Position numbers and translations under genes: made by a program. A stretch of 64,000 bases of DNA from Verrucomicrobiota bacterium (lineage in GTDB: Bacteria; Chlamydiota; Chlamydiia; Chlamydiales; SM23-39), in the NCBI GenBank assembly GCA_018239895.1, contig JAFEGL010000003.1, positions 354,212-418,211 of the forward strand, read 5' to 3'. Below the pieces are notes generated by a model. That model saw nothing but the letters and a program-made list of their open reading frames with translations. It ran no database searches and was not told where the DNA came from. Of the stretch, positions 25,594 through 35,015 are shown in pieces (the first letter of the stretch is position 1; each line of letters opens with the position of its first letter).

Positions 25594-26198
25594 GGGTCTA
25601 ACCTTTTCTGGATGATGGCCACTAATTTCCTCCGCGAATCTTTGTCGTGGATGCTGAAGGGGATGCTGTCTTTGAAATGTGACTCCGAATTTTTCAAAGC
25701 CATTTGAATCTCATGGGTAGACAGCTTATCAGTTTTGGTTAAAATAACCAAAAGGGGAATTCCTCGTGACTTACTCCATTCAGAAATTTTCAAATCATCT
25801 TCGGAAGGGCCTCTTCTTGAATCGATCAAAAGGAGAATGCATTTTAGAGTGGAGCGAGACGTAAAATAGCGGTCAATCGCCTCAGACCATTCTTGGACGG
25901 CCTTTTCTGGCGCTTTAGCAAAGCCAAAGCCCGGCAAGTCGATCAATAGGAGCCGCTCGTCGACTAAGAAAAAGTTCATCCGCTGAGTCTTCCCAGGAAT
26001 AGAAGAGGTTTTCGCGACTTTTTTGTCTTGTAAGAGATGGTTGATGAGGCTCGATTTTCCAACATTCGATCTGCCGACAAGGGCAATTTCGGGGAGGAGC
26101 TCGCCTCGAGGGCTTTTTACGACGGGCCATTCACTTTCGTTCAAAGCGGAGACGAGGAATTTAGCTTTTTCAAATGGGATTTTCATGGATTGCCCCAA
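25581..26198 (-). CDS. engB: Ribosome biogenesis GTPase EngB (YihA/YsxC)
   Basis: G1 GRSNVGKSSLIN, G3 DLPGFG, G4 TKTDK. Confidence 0.9.
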   Translation of the reverse strand: MGQSMKIPFEKAKFLVSALNESEWPVVKSPRGELLPEIALVGRSNVGKSSLINHLLQDKKVAKTSSIPGKTQRMNFFLVDERLLLIDLPGFGFAKAPEKAVQEWSEAIDRYFTSRSTLKCILLLIDSRRGPSEDDLKISEWSKSRGIPLLVILTKTDKLSTHEIQMALKNSESHFKDSIPFSIHDKDSRRKLVAIIQKRLDPCLS

Positions 26199-26611
26199 GT
26201 TCTAATTGAGGCGACCCTTTCAGATTCGGATAGAGTTGTCAAATCAATTCGCCATGCGTGAGGAGGGATTAAATTTTCAATCCTCTCCGGCCACTCGATC
26301 ACAGTCACGCCGCCTTTAAAAAAATATTCTTCAAACCCCATGGATAGAAAATCGGAAGGTGATCGAAAGCGATAGAGATCGAAGTGATAAAGAGGGAGTT
26401 TCGCCTGGTAGATATTCAGATATACAAAGGTGGGGCTTTGGATGAGATCAATTGAACCCATCCCTTTTGCCAGCCCCTTTACTAGGGTCGTTTTCCCGGC
26501 GCCTAGATCGCCAGTAAGAGCGAGAATATCGTTTGGCTTGAGCTTGCTTGCGAACTGTTGCGCGAAAGCGTCTGTTTCTTCGAGAGATGAAAGTCTAATC
26601 TGCTCAGGCAT
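26183..26611 (-). CDS. tsaE: tRNA t6A biosynthesis ATPase TsaE (YjeE)
   Basis: 142 aa. P-loop GDLGAGKTTLVKG, HFDLYR motif. Confidence 0.85.
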   Translation of the reverse strand: MPEQIRLSSLEETDAFAQQFASKLKPNDILALTGDLGAGKTTLVKGLAKGMGSIDLIQSPTFVYLNIYQAKLPLYHFDLYRFRSPSDFLSMGFEEYFFKGGVTVIEWPERIENLIPPHAWRIDLTTLSESERVASIRTWGNP

Positions 26612-26653
26612 AAAAATTCTTAAGTTTATTCGCCTTCAGCAGGAATAGGGATT

Positions 26654-27379
26654 CTATTCAGCCTCGACCCACTTTTCTAAGTAGGGCTCAAACTCAGTAT
26701 GTTTTGAGAGAGCTTCGACGAATTCGGCAATTTTATCTTCCGTCAGGTGATTTTCGATAAATTGGAGGAAGCGCTCATCGATTTGAAAGCGGTTTTGGTT
26801 CTGCACTTCAAGCAACGTCAATTCTTTGATGTGGTTCTTTTTGAAATCCTCAATAACGGCTGCTTTGCTGTTGAATAGCTTTCCGGTGATGGCGGACGAG
26901 TAAACAACTTTTTTGATCGACGATTTACGTGTGCTAATGTAATTTTTTATTACCTCGGGGTCTTCCGAGACAAAAAATCTTTTTGCTGGGAGTCCGCCGA
27001 CCCGCTCTTTATTTTCAGGGCAGGTTGATACCCAATCATAAATTGCATCTTGTGGATTTGGGTGGGTATTGTCACCAAAAACTTTCCCAGTGAAGGGGCA
27101 TATATAAATCTTTTTGGTCTCTTCGTTGACGCTCTGTTGACCGAATTGGATCGTAATCTCTGTTTCGCGCCAAAGTTTTCCTTGAGCTTCCAGCTTGCTA
27201 ATCAGATCATCTAAACTCTGATAGATCGTTTTTTCGCGAGGGAAAAGGATTGGCTTTACATGATATTTCTCTTCGATGAAAGCCAAGTAGATCGTGACTA
27301 GATCTGCGCTCCGATTTTTCTTGAGAAATTTCAAAAGCTCATTTTTCAAATCGGTAGTGATAGTGAGAGCGTGTGCCAT
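26654..27379 (-). CDS. Conserved-looking hypothetical protein
   Basis: 241-aa ORF heading the tsaE-engB-exonuclease gene string. Repeated xTGKxF blocks (PFTGKVFGD, AITGKLFNS). No family recognised. Confidence 0.6.
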   Translation of the reverse strand: MAHALTITTDLKNELLKFLKKNRSADLVTIYLAFIEEKYHVKPILFPREKTIYQSLDDLISKLEAQGKLWRETEITIQFGQQSVNEETKKIYICPFTGKVFGDNTHPNPQDAIYDWVSTCPENKERVGGLPAKRFFVSEDPEVIKNYISTRKSSIKKVVYSSAITGKLFNSKAAVIEDFKKNHIKELTLLEVQNQNRFQIDERFLQFIENHLTEDKIAEFVEALSKHTEFEPYLEKWVEAE

Positions 27380-27514
27380 TCTAGCCTCAAAATTCTCTGT
27401 CTGAGGAATTTATTGATTTGCGAAAATCCAAAAACTTCTTATGAATCTTCTTGTTAGATAACTAACTTACTACAGAAGGTAATAAGATTCAAGAGAGGTC
27501 CACACAGACCCCTA

Positions 27515-27543
27515 TTGATTTCTGAAGTTGGGCGTGGTATATT
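27515..27543 (+). promoter_or_regulatory. Sigma70-like promoter TTGATT-17-TATATT with an extended -10 (TGg)
   Basis: TTGATTtctgaagttgggcgTGgTATATT, about 60 nt upstream of the ldh start. Confidence 0.4.
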
Positions 27544-27603
27544 AAATGAAAAAATTTTTGCAACTTCCGTTTCCTTGCAATAGAGAATAAATCCTTTAAT
27601 GAG

Positions 27604-28782
27604 GTGTCTATGGTCCAGCTGTTAGAAAATCCTGCACAAGATTCCAAGAACAAGTTAGAGCGCCTTGTTCAAGAGGGGCAGAAAAACTCTTCTATCCAGA
27701 TGGAATCGATCTCGGTGAAAGGATATGAACAGGTCATTAAAGTCAGCGATAAAAAAGCAGGGCTTACAGCGATTATCGCCATTCACGACACGACGCTAGG
27801 ACCCGCTCTTGGTGGAATCAGGATTCATCCATACGCGAATTTCAACGACGCCCTCGAGGACGTTCTCCGCTTAGCCAAAGGAATGACCCACAAATCAGCT
27901 GTCGCAGGCGTAGGTTTGGGTGGAGGAAAGAGCGTCATCATCGCCGACCCGAAAAAGCAGAAGACCCCTGAATTGCTCCTCTCATTTGGGGCAGCTGTCG
28001 AAGCATTGGGCGGGATCTACATTTGTGCAGAAGATGTAGGCTGTACGACTGAGGATGTCAAAATCGTCCGAAAAAGCACAAAATATGTCGTAGGGCTTCC
28101 TCACGACAAGAGCAGCGGAGACCCAGGTCCCTTTACAGCTTGGGGTACGTACCGGGGCATCCAGGCTACCTTGAAAAAACTTTACGGAAGCGAATCGCTT
28201 GAAGGGCGAAGTATCGCTATACAAGGTCTCGGCAACGTAGGAGCCCAGCTTACAGAATTTCTATTTTGGGCTGGCGCTGAACTCTATTTATCCGACATCG
28301 ATATGGAAAAAGCAGAGCGGATGGCTCTGAAATTTGGGGCAAAGGTAGTACCTGCGAATCAAATTGCCAAAATCGAGTGCGATATCTTCTCGCCTTGCGC
28401 TCTCGGAGCTATTCTCAACGATACAACCATCCCAGCTCTCCGATGCCGCGGAATCGCAGGCAGCGCAAATAACCAACTGCACCGCGATCACCATGCCGAT
28501 CTCATTCGAGAAAGAGGGATCGTCTACGCTCCCGATTTCGTAATTAATGCGGGCGGCATTTTGAACGTCACAGCGGAAATAGAAGACGCTGGCTATTCAC
28601 CTAAATTGTCCCGCCAAAAAGTTCATGAAATCTACGACACGCTCTTAGCTATTTATGAAATAGCCGAGAAAAATCGCGAGTCGACACACAACGCGGCTTT
28701 GGCGTTAGCCGAATACCGAATCAAATACAACATCGGCAAGCGGGTCATACCCCCAACCTTTCACCACACAATAGAAAATTAA
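27604..28782 (+). CDS. Leucine (Glu/Leu/Phe/Val family) dehydrogenase
   Basis: GGIRIHPY, KSAVAGVGLGGGKSVI, Rossmann GLGNVG. The stop overlaps the argS start (TAATG). Confidence 0.85.
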   Translation: MSMVQLLENPAQDSKNKLERLVQEGQKNSSIQMESISVKGYEQVIKVSDKKAGLTAIIAIHDTTLGPALGGIRIHPYANFNDALEDVLRLAKGMTHKSAVAGVGLGGGKSVIIADPKKQKTPELLLSFGAAVEALGGIYICAEDVGCTTEDVKIVRKSTKYVVGLPHDKSSGDPGPFTAWGTYRGIQATLKKLYGSESLEGRSIAIQGLGNVGAQLTEFLFWAGAELYLSDIDMEKAERMALKFGAKVVPANQIAKIECDIFSPCALGAILNDTTIPALRCRGIAGSANNQLHRDHHADLIRERGIVYAPDFVINAGGILNVTAEIEDAGYSPKLSRQKVHEIYDTLLAIYEIAEKNRESTHNAALALAEYRIKYNIGKRVIPPTFHHTIEN

Positions 28783-30530
28783 TGGAAACACCTCTCGCGA
28801 CCTTTCAAAGAACGGTCGCCGATGCGATCCAACGCGCCTTTTCTCTTCCAAGAGATGAGTCAACGGCCGATATGGCCCCCTGCGCTCAGGAAGAATTCGG
28901 CCACTACCAATGCAACAGCGCCCTCAGGCTCTCGAAACTGTTAAAGAAAAACCCACGCCAAGTGGCCGAGCAGATCATCTCTCACCTGGATGACGCGACA
29001 AAATCTCGCTGCAGCAAAATCGAAATTGCTGGACCCGGCTTTATCAACTTCACTTTGACGCCTCGCCATCTATCTTTCGAGCTCAATCACCAGCTGAATG
29101 ACCCTCGACTCGGTGCGATGAAGCCGCTCAAAAAGCAGAAAATTGTCGTCGAATTTTCTTCGCCGAATATCGCCAAAGAACTTCACGTTGGCCACATCCG
29201 TTCGACCATCATCGGCGACTGCTTGGCACGCCTATTTGAATTTTTAGGCCACGACGTTTTGAGGCTGAATCATATTGGAGACTGGGGCACCCAGTTCGGA
29301 ATGCTCATCACCTACATGAGAGAAGTGGCGCCCGAGGTGCTGAAAGGCCACGAAAAAACTGATTTATCTACGCTGATGGGCTGGTATCGGGCTGCGAAAA
29401 AGAAATTCGACGAAGATCCTGAATTCAAAAAAAGGGCTCAGCGGCAAGTCGTAGAGCTTCAGTCGGGAAACGCAGAAGCAATGCATGCCTGGAAGCTCAT
29501 TTGCGACGTGTCGCGCCGTGGATTTCAAGATATCTACGATCTTCTCGACACCAAAACCACCGAGAGGGGAGAATCGTTTTATAATCCTTATCTCGCTGAG
29601 GTTGTAACGGAATTCGATAAAAAAGGACTCATCACAATCTCCGATGGAGCAAAATGCATTTTCTTAGAAGGATATGCTAATCGCGAAGGGGAACCGCTGC
29701 CGTTGATGATCCAGAAGGCCGACGGAGGGTTCAACTACGATACAACTGACTTAGCTGCGCTCCGGCACCGCATTTTCGTCGAAAAAGCAGACCGGCTTAT
29801 ATACGTCGTCGATGCAGGACAAAGCCTCCATTTCCAAATGGTCTTTGCTGCAGGAGAAAAAATCGGATGGTACGACAGTTCAAAGCTCAAAGTTGAGCAT
29901 GTCCCATTTGGTCTTGTTTTAGGTGCGGATGGAAAGAAATTCAAGACCCGCTCAGGCGAGACTGAGAAACTCATCGATTTGTTAACTGGCGCTGTCGATA
30001 AAGCTCGAGAAATTCTCATAGAAAGGTTGCCTACGGCATCTGTAGAAGAAATCGAAGAGCTTGCCAAAGTCATCGGGATCGACGCGGTCAAATATTCAGA
30101 TCTTTCTACCCACCGCATTAAAGATTACACTTTCAGCTACGACAGGATGTTGAAATTCGAAGGGAACACCGCCGTTTTTCTCCTCTACGCCTACGTTCGA
30201 ATCAACGGGATTAAGAGAAAGACGCACGCCAATATGGATCATGTCCTTGCTCAGCACCAGATCGACCTAAACCATCCTACTGAAGTGACCTTGGGACTTC
30301 ATTTGCGCCGCTTTGGAGAGATCCTCGAGTACTTCTCTCGCGACCTCCTTCCGAATCGCCTCTGCGAATATCTTTACGAGCTAGCGGAAAAATTCAACGG
30401 ATTCTTCCGTGACTGTCGAGTAGAAGGGACTCAGGAAGAAGGTTCAAGATTAGTTCTCTGTGAACTCACAGCGCGAATCATGCGCCAGGGTTTGGAAATT
30501 CTAGGACTTGAAACCGTAGAACGTCTATAA
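28782..30530 (+). CDS. argS: Arginyl-tRNA synthetase
   Basis: 582 aa. HIGH-region SPNIAKELHVGHIRS. Anticodon-binding (DALR) C-terminal domain. Confidence 0.95.
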   Translation: METPLATFQRTVADAIQRAFSLPRDESTADMAPCAQEEFGHYQCNSALRLSKLLKKNPRQVAEQIISHLDDATKSRCSKIEIAGPGFINFTLTPRHLSFELNHQLNDPRLGAMKPLKKQKIVVEFSSPNIAKELHVGHIRSTIIGDCLARLFEFLGHDVLRLNHIGDWGTQFGMLITYMREVAPEVLKGHEKTDLSTLMGWYRAAKKKFDEDPEFKKRAQRQVVELQSGNAEAMHAWKLICDVSRRGFQDIYDLLDTKTTERGESFYNPYLAEVVTEFDKKGLITISDGAKCIFLEGYANREGEPLPLMIQKADGGFNYDTTDLAALRHRIFVEKADRLIYVVDAGQSLHFQMVFAAGEKIGWYDSSKLKVEHVPFGLVLGADGKKFKTRSGETEKLIDLLTGAVDKAREILIERLPTASVEEIEELAKVIGIDAVKYSDLSTHRIKDYTFSYDRMLKFEGNTAVFLLYAYVRINGIKRKTHANMDHVLAQHQIDLNHPTEVTLGLHLRRFGEILEYFSRDLLPNRLCEYLYELAEKFNGFFRDCRVEGTQEEGSRLVLCELTARIMRQGLEILGLETVERL

Positions 30531-31523
30531 AATTAGAGTCTTGCCAGGTTGCCCCGGAACTTCTCGAACAAGTCGGGGCACGGCATAGCCTGAAGTATGC
30601 TTATGGAGATACTGGACGAGCTCTTTCCCTCGTTCATCGGAGACTAAGAAATGTGCAGTTCCCTGAACTAAATCGTGCAGATGGAGATAGTACGGCAAAA
30701 CCCCAGCTTGGACTAGAGACTCCGAAAGTTCTAAGAGAATCGCCTCATCATCATTCACCCCTTTCAGCAAAACAGTTTGATTGAGAACGGGGATTCCTAA
30801 TTTCTGAACCCGTTTAAGGGCGTCCGCCACATCCGAATCGAGTTCTCTTGGATGATTGCAGTGGATGATAAATACAATTTGCTTAGAAGACGCTTCCAGC
30901 ACCTGGAGGAAGGAATCATCAAGTCTTTCAGGAATACCGATCGGGAATCGGGTGTGAAAGCGGACTCTTTTAACGTGAGGAATCAGTTCTAGGCCTTGTA
31001 GAAGAGACTGGAGTTGACCGTCATTCAAGGATAGGGGATCACCTCCGCTGAGAATGATCTCAGAGAGGTCAGTTTCTTGCGCAATATAGGTTAAATCGTC
31101 TTCGAACCCAATCGTCTCCGTCTCATAAGAATAATTTTGACGAAAGCAAAAACGACAATGCATTGCGCAGGCAGACGTTGTTAAAATTAAAGCTCGCCCT
31201 TGATATTTATGTAAAAGTTTTTTCGATTGGAGGAATTTGGGATCCTGCAAAGGCTCTAAAGTGTACCCATCCGTGAGAGTCTCCTCTTCCTGCAGTGGGA
31301 CAAATTGGCGCAAAATCGGGTCATTTATGGAATTTTTTTGGATTTTTTGGGCCAGTCTTCGGGGTAAGTTTAGAGGGAATCGACCTTTGGGCAAGACTTT
31401 CTGCCTCAACTCGCTAGAGAGCTGGAGATACTCGACCAAGTCATCCCAGCGGAGGAAATTCTGTCTTTGAATTTGCCTCCAAAGAGGAAGTTGAACAGTT
31501 TTCTGTGAAGTGAGAGCAGTCAT
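30525..31523 (-). CDS. KamA-family radical SAM lysine 2,3-aminomutase, EpmB-sized
   Basis: 332 aa. CxxxCxxC motif CAMHCRFCFR. GGDPL block. The length fits EpmB (YjeK) rather than long KamA. Confidence 0.85.
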   Translation of the reverse strand: MTALTSQKTVQLPLWRQIQRQNFLRWDDLVEYLQLSSELRQKVLPKGRFPLNLPRRLAQKIQKNSINDPILRQFVPLQEEETLTDGYTLEPLQDPKFLQSKKLLHKYQGRALILTTSACAMHCRFCFRQNYSYETETIGFEDDLTYIAQETDLSEIILSGGDPLSLNDGQLQSLLQGLELIPHVKRVRFHTRFPIGIPERLDDSFLQVLEASSKQIVFIIHCNHPRELDSDVADALKRVQKLGIPVLNQTVLLKGVNDDEAILLELSESLVQAGVLPYYLHLHDLVQGTAHFLVSDERGKELVQYLHKHTSGYAVPRLVREVPGQPGKTLIL

Positions 31524-31557
31524 GACAGCTAGGCATTTTAAGCCATCAGGGGAAGAA

Positions 31558-31576
31558 ATGTAAAGCTGCTTTACAT
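31558..31576. repeat. Copy 2 of the palindrome family (ATGTAAAGCTGCTTTACAT)
   Basis: Perfect 9+1+9 palindrome. Its right arm contains the murA stop codon (TTA at 31571..31573 on the plus strand). Confidence 0.8.
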
Positions 31577-32980
31577 TTGGAGGACTTCTGTATCAGATTT
31601 TTTGAGCATCTGATGTAAAGCGGCTTTACTTTTGTCAGGTAGAGTCTTTTTGACGAGAGGCTGCCGGCTAATATCTGCTCCGAGGGAAGTGAGTTTGGCT
31701 ACTAGGTCTTCGTAACCCCGGTCGAGGAAGTCGACGTTGGAGATAGTGCTGGTTTCTGGGGCCAGGAGGGCGGCCATGACATAGGCAAAGCCGGCTCTAA
31801 GATCGGGGATCGAAAAATCGTGCGCTTTCAGAGGAGTGGGGCCTTTGACGACGAGACTGTGATGGTGGTTGCTGGAGGCAAAGCGGCACTGTTTGCCACC
31901 GAGACATTGGGTAAATAGCTCAATATCGGCGCCCATTTCTTTCAGCATGTGGGTGTACCCGAAGCGATTCTCGTAGACGGTTTCGTGAATCACTGAAGCG
32001 CCCTGACATTGGGTCAAAAGGACGACGAACGGTTGTTGCCAGTCGGTCATGAAGCCAGGATGGACATCGGTCTCCAGGTGAAGGCCTCCCTTGAGAGATC
32101 CTGCATAGAAAAACTCGATCCCATTTTGCTTTACGTTGAACCCGCCTCCGATTTCACGAAGCTTGTTGAGGAAGGCGATCATGTTGAGGTGTTCTGCGCC
32201 CTCGATGAAGACTTTCCCTTTTGTGCTGACCGCAGCCATGGCGTAGGAGGCTACCTCATTTCGATCTGCGAGAACGGTGTGCTCAACCTCTTGGAATTGG
32301 TGCGCTTGTTGAATGCAGATTGTCCGGTCGACATCGACCATGATATTGGCTCCCAATTTCTGCAGGAACAGGATGAGATCGATGATTTCGGGTTCTATCG
32401 CGGCATTTTTAATGAGAGTTGTCCCTTTGGCGCGCACTGCGGCGAGAATCGTATTCTCGGTAGCGCCGACGGATGGGTAGCTCAAAGAGATGACAGCCCC
32501 CTTTAAGCCTTGATGAGCCTGGGCTAAATAGGCTCCTTCCTTTTTCATGATCCTGTATTCGATATGTGCGCCCAATTTCTGCAGAGCGTGGATATGAAGA
32601 TCGACAGGTCTAGACCCGATTAGGTCTCCGCCGATGGTTGGAACGATAATATCTTCATCAGTTCTCCCAAGAAGGGCGCCGATCATTAAAATCGGAATTC
32701 GGTTCGACCCGGAGTATCTTTGAGGGACGTAAGAGGTTTTCAACTCTCGTGTGGTGATTTTAAGGATTTTTGCACTCTTGTCCCAAGTTATTTCCGAGCC
32801 AATCTCGCGGCAAAGATTGACGGTGATTTCTACATCGAGGATGTTAGGCACGTTATAGAAAGTGCAAGTTTTGTCGGAAAGGAGAGAGGCGACGAGCAAT
32901 TTCGTCATCGCATTTTTGGCCCCAGCCGCTTTAATTTGGCCTTGAAGTGGGGTTCCCCCTTTAATTTTTAGAATTTCCAT
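31571..32980 (-). CDS. murA: UDP-N-acetylglucosamine 1-carboxyvinyltransferase MurA, with an extra C-terminal tail of about 30 aa
   Basis: 469 aa. N-terminus KIKGGTPLQGQIKAAGAKNA. The canonical end is around ..LTSLGADISRQ, followed by a non-conserved-looking tail. Confidence 0.95.
   Translation of the reverse strand: MEILKIKGGTPLQGQIKAAGAKNAMTKLLVASLLSDKTCTFYNVPNILDVEITVNLCREIGSEITWDKSAKILKITTRELKTSYVPQRYSGSNRIPILMIGALLGRTDEDIIVPTIGGDLIGSRPVDLHIHALQKLGAHIEYRIMKKEGAYLAQAHQGLKGAVISLSYPSVGATENTILAAVRAKGTTLIKNAAIEPEIIDLILFLQKLGANIMVDVDRTICIQQAHQFQEVEHTVLADRNEVASYAMAAVSTKGKVFIEGAEHLNMIAFLNKLREIGGGFNVKQNGIEFFYAGSLKGGLHLETDVHPGFMTDWQQPFVVLLTQCQGASVIHETVYENRFGYTHMLKEMGADIELFTQCLGGKQCRFASSNHHHSLVVKGPTPLKAHDFSIPDLRAGFAYVMAALLAPETSTISNVDFLDRGYEDLVAKLTSLGADISRQPLVKKTLPDKSKAALHQMLKKSDTEVLQM
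31613..31631. repeat. Copy 3 of the palindrome family (ATGTAAAGCGGCTTTACtT)
   Basis: Lies 55 nt from copy 2, inside the C-terminal extension of murA, where it encodes SKAALH. Confidence 0.75.
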
Positions 32981-33031
32981 ATTCGATAGCTCCGCAACGT
33001 GCTCCTAGGATCATATAACAAGAGCGATTTT

Positions 33032-33994
33032 TCAGTCAGGCCAGGATAATAAGATTTGTCTTTTGAGCTGTTTCCCCCGGATGATTTGTGGTAAAGGACC
33101 TGCCTCCTTACTTTGTGAAAATGTGAATCGGAGCGGCTTTTCTGGACGGGTTTTTTGGATTTGCAGGGCTACCCAGCTCATGGTTTTACGAGCGTTGATT
33201 TCAACGATTGGGTGGAGGAGTTCGCGAGACTGAAATCGATATACGAAGGCATCGATGCCGAGATTTCCCGAATAGCCCCGCTTCGCTATTTCCTCAACGA
33301 GGGGTCGAACAACACCAAGATGTTGTTCGAGGGCCCATTCATACTGCTCGAACACATTGGGTCCCGCTAGAGTTGCTTTGTAGGTCCCTCCAGGCTCATT
33401 TTCGAACGGCGTTGCGCCGACAAGTTGACCCCCATTCCATTGTGTGCTGAAGTCGAACGTTCTCTCTACCCAAGGCTCTCCGATGAGAGGGTACTGGGAG
33501 GGAAGGGGATCTTGCCCGACGAGGAAGTGTCCTTGTCCGGCCGTTCCATAGCAGGTTTTGAGGACTCTGGGTCCCGAAGTGCTGCGGATCCATTGTTCGA
33601 CTTCTAGGGAGTTATGGAGTAAAGCGGCGCCGGGAAGTTTTGGGCCATGAGAAAAAGAGAAGGCTTTCGAGTTGATTTCACGAACGAGATTCCAATCGGG
33701 GATGGAATAAGGAAGTTGATGTTTTTTCGCCCAATCAGCGATTGCGAGAGAAGGTCCCCATGATTCGATCCGATCGCAAAGTGGGGGCGAATCGAGCAGT
33801 ATGGCTCTATCATCAATGAAATCTAGGGGGAGATCGGAAAGTCCAATAAAGTCTTCATTCGAGGCATAAAGGAGGGGGAGAAATTGGAGTTGGAGGACGA
33901 TTGGATGGGTGCGGAACCATGATCCTAAAGACTTAAGAACGTTCAGCTCCAGCTCTCTTTCAAAAAATGTATTGCAAATATGCAAAACTTTCAT
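33032..33994 (-). CDS. Hypothetical protein, probable ATP-grasp-fold ligase
   Basis: 320 aa. VLKTCYGTAGQGHFLV (Gly-rich loop) and GNLGIDAFVY..LHPIVEINARKT (ATP-grasp C-terminal EINxR-type block). Assignment by motif only. Confidence 0.5.
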   Translation of the reverse strand: MKVLHICNTFFERELELNVLKSLGSWFRTHPIVLQLQFLPLLYASNEDFIGLSDLPLDFIDDRAILLDSPPLCDRIESWGPSLAIADWAKKHQLPYSIPDWNLVREINSKAFSFSHGPKLPGAALLHNSLEVEQWIRSTSGPRVLKTCYGTAGQGHFLVGQDPLPSQYPLIGEPWVERTFDFSTQWNGGQLVGATPFENEPGGTYKATLAGPNVFEQYEWALEQHLGVVRPLVEEIAKRGYSGNLGIDAFVYRFQSRELLHPIVEINARKTMSWVALQIQKTRPEKPLRFTFSQSKEAGPLPQIIRGKQLKRQILLSWPD

Positions 33995-34050
33995 GAGTTC
34001 ATTTTCTCCCGATCTGCTATACTGAGCGACAAAATCTTTAGAATAGTACT

Positions 34051-34593
34051 ATGCAACAGGATTTTCCTATATTTCGAACAGGGATTGGCCAAGATAGCCA
34101 CCGCTTCTTGCCATCCGAGTCTTCAAAGCCATGCATCATTGGTGGCGTAATTTTCGACGGAGTGCCAGGACTTGATGCCGATTCAGATGGCGATGTCGTC
34201 TATCACGCTCTTTGCAATGCAATCACCTCTTTGACGGGGGTTCCCATTCTTGGAGGCATCGCTATGGAGCTTTGCCGCAAAGACGGGATTACCGATTCTC
34301 AGGTCTATTTGGAAAGAGCTTTAAAAACTCTCGGGAATCAAAAAATCATCCATGCAGCTTTTACCATCGAAGGGAAGCGTCCCCGTTTCCAAGATAAAAT
34401 CGATCAGGTTCGCAAAAAAGTAGCCTATGTCTGCGGTATCCACGAAAAACAGGTCGGCCTCACCGTCACATCGGGAGATGGGTTGACCGATTTTGGGTGC
34501 GGCGACGGGCTTCAGTGCTTTTGCGTTCTCACAACTGCTGAAAAAATTGTCATCCGAAACAGAATTGGACACGACATCATCCAGGCCGAATAA
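34051..34593 (+). CDS. ispF: 2-C-methyl-D-erythritol 2,4-cyclodiphosphate synthase
   Basis: [21 protein letters not shown]. 180 aa. Confidence 0.9.
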   Translation: MQQDFPIFRTGIGQDSHRFLPSESSKPCIIGGVIFDGVPGLDADSDGDVVYHALCNAITSLTGVPILGGIAMELCRKDGITDSQVYLERALKTLGNQKIIHAAFTIEGKRPRFQDKIDQVRKKVAYVCGIHEKQVGLTVTSGDGLTDFGCGDGLQCFCVLTTAEKIVIRNRIGHDIIQAE

Positions 34594-35015
34594 TGGCTGC
34601 AATCAAAGCGACCATCTATTTTGAAAATAAATTCTGGGTCGGCGCTTTTGAGAGGACCGATAAGGAAGGGTACGCTGTGGCTCGCCATATCTTTGGAGGA
34701 GAGCCTTCAGATCCAGAGATTCATGAGTTTGTTCTATCCCATTTCCTAGATCTTCGTTTTGGAAATCCCAAAGAAATTCAGATCGAAATCAAGAGGATGA
34801 ATCCAAAAAGAGTTCAGAGGGAAGTTCGGCGTGAGATGGAGAGAATCAAAGAGTCGACTCGCCCTTCGACATTGGCGCAAGATGTCATGCGAGAAGAGAT
34901 GGAGAAAAATAAAATAGAACGGAAGCGGAAAACTAGCGCTGAGAAGCAAGCTAGAAAAGATGAGCAATTCTCTCTCAAACAGCAAAAAAGAAAGCAAAAG
35001 CATAAGGGGCACTAA
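34593..35015 (+). CDS. YjdF/DUF2992-like protein
   Basis: 140 aa. TIYFENKFWVGAFERTDKEGYAVARHIFGGEPSDPEIHEFVL plus a Lys/Arg-rich tail resembles B. subtilis YjdF. The start overlaps the ispF stop (TAATG). Confidence 0.7.
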   Translation: MAAIKATIYFENKFWVGAFERTDKEGYAVARHIFGGEPSDPEIHEFVLSHFLDLRFGNPKEIQIEIKRMNPKRVQREVRREMERIKESTRPSTLAQDVMREEMEKNKIERKRKTSAEKQARKDEQFSLKQQKRKQKHKGH

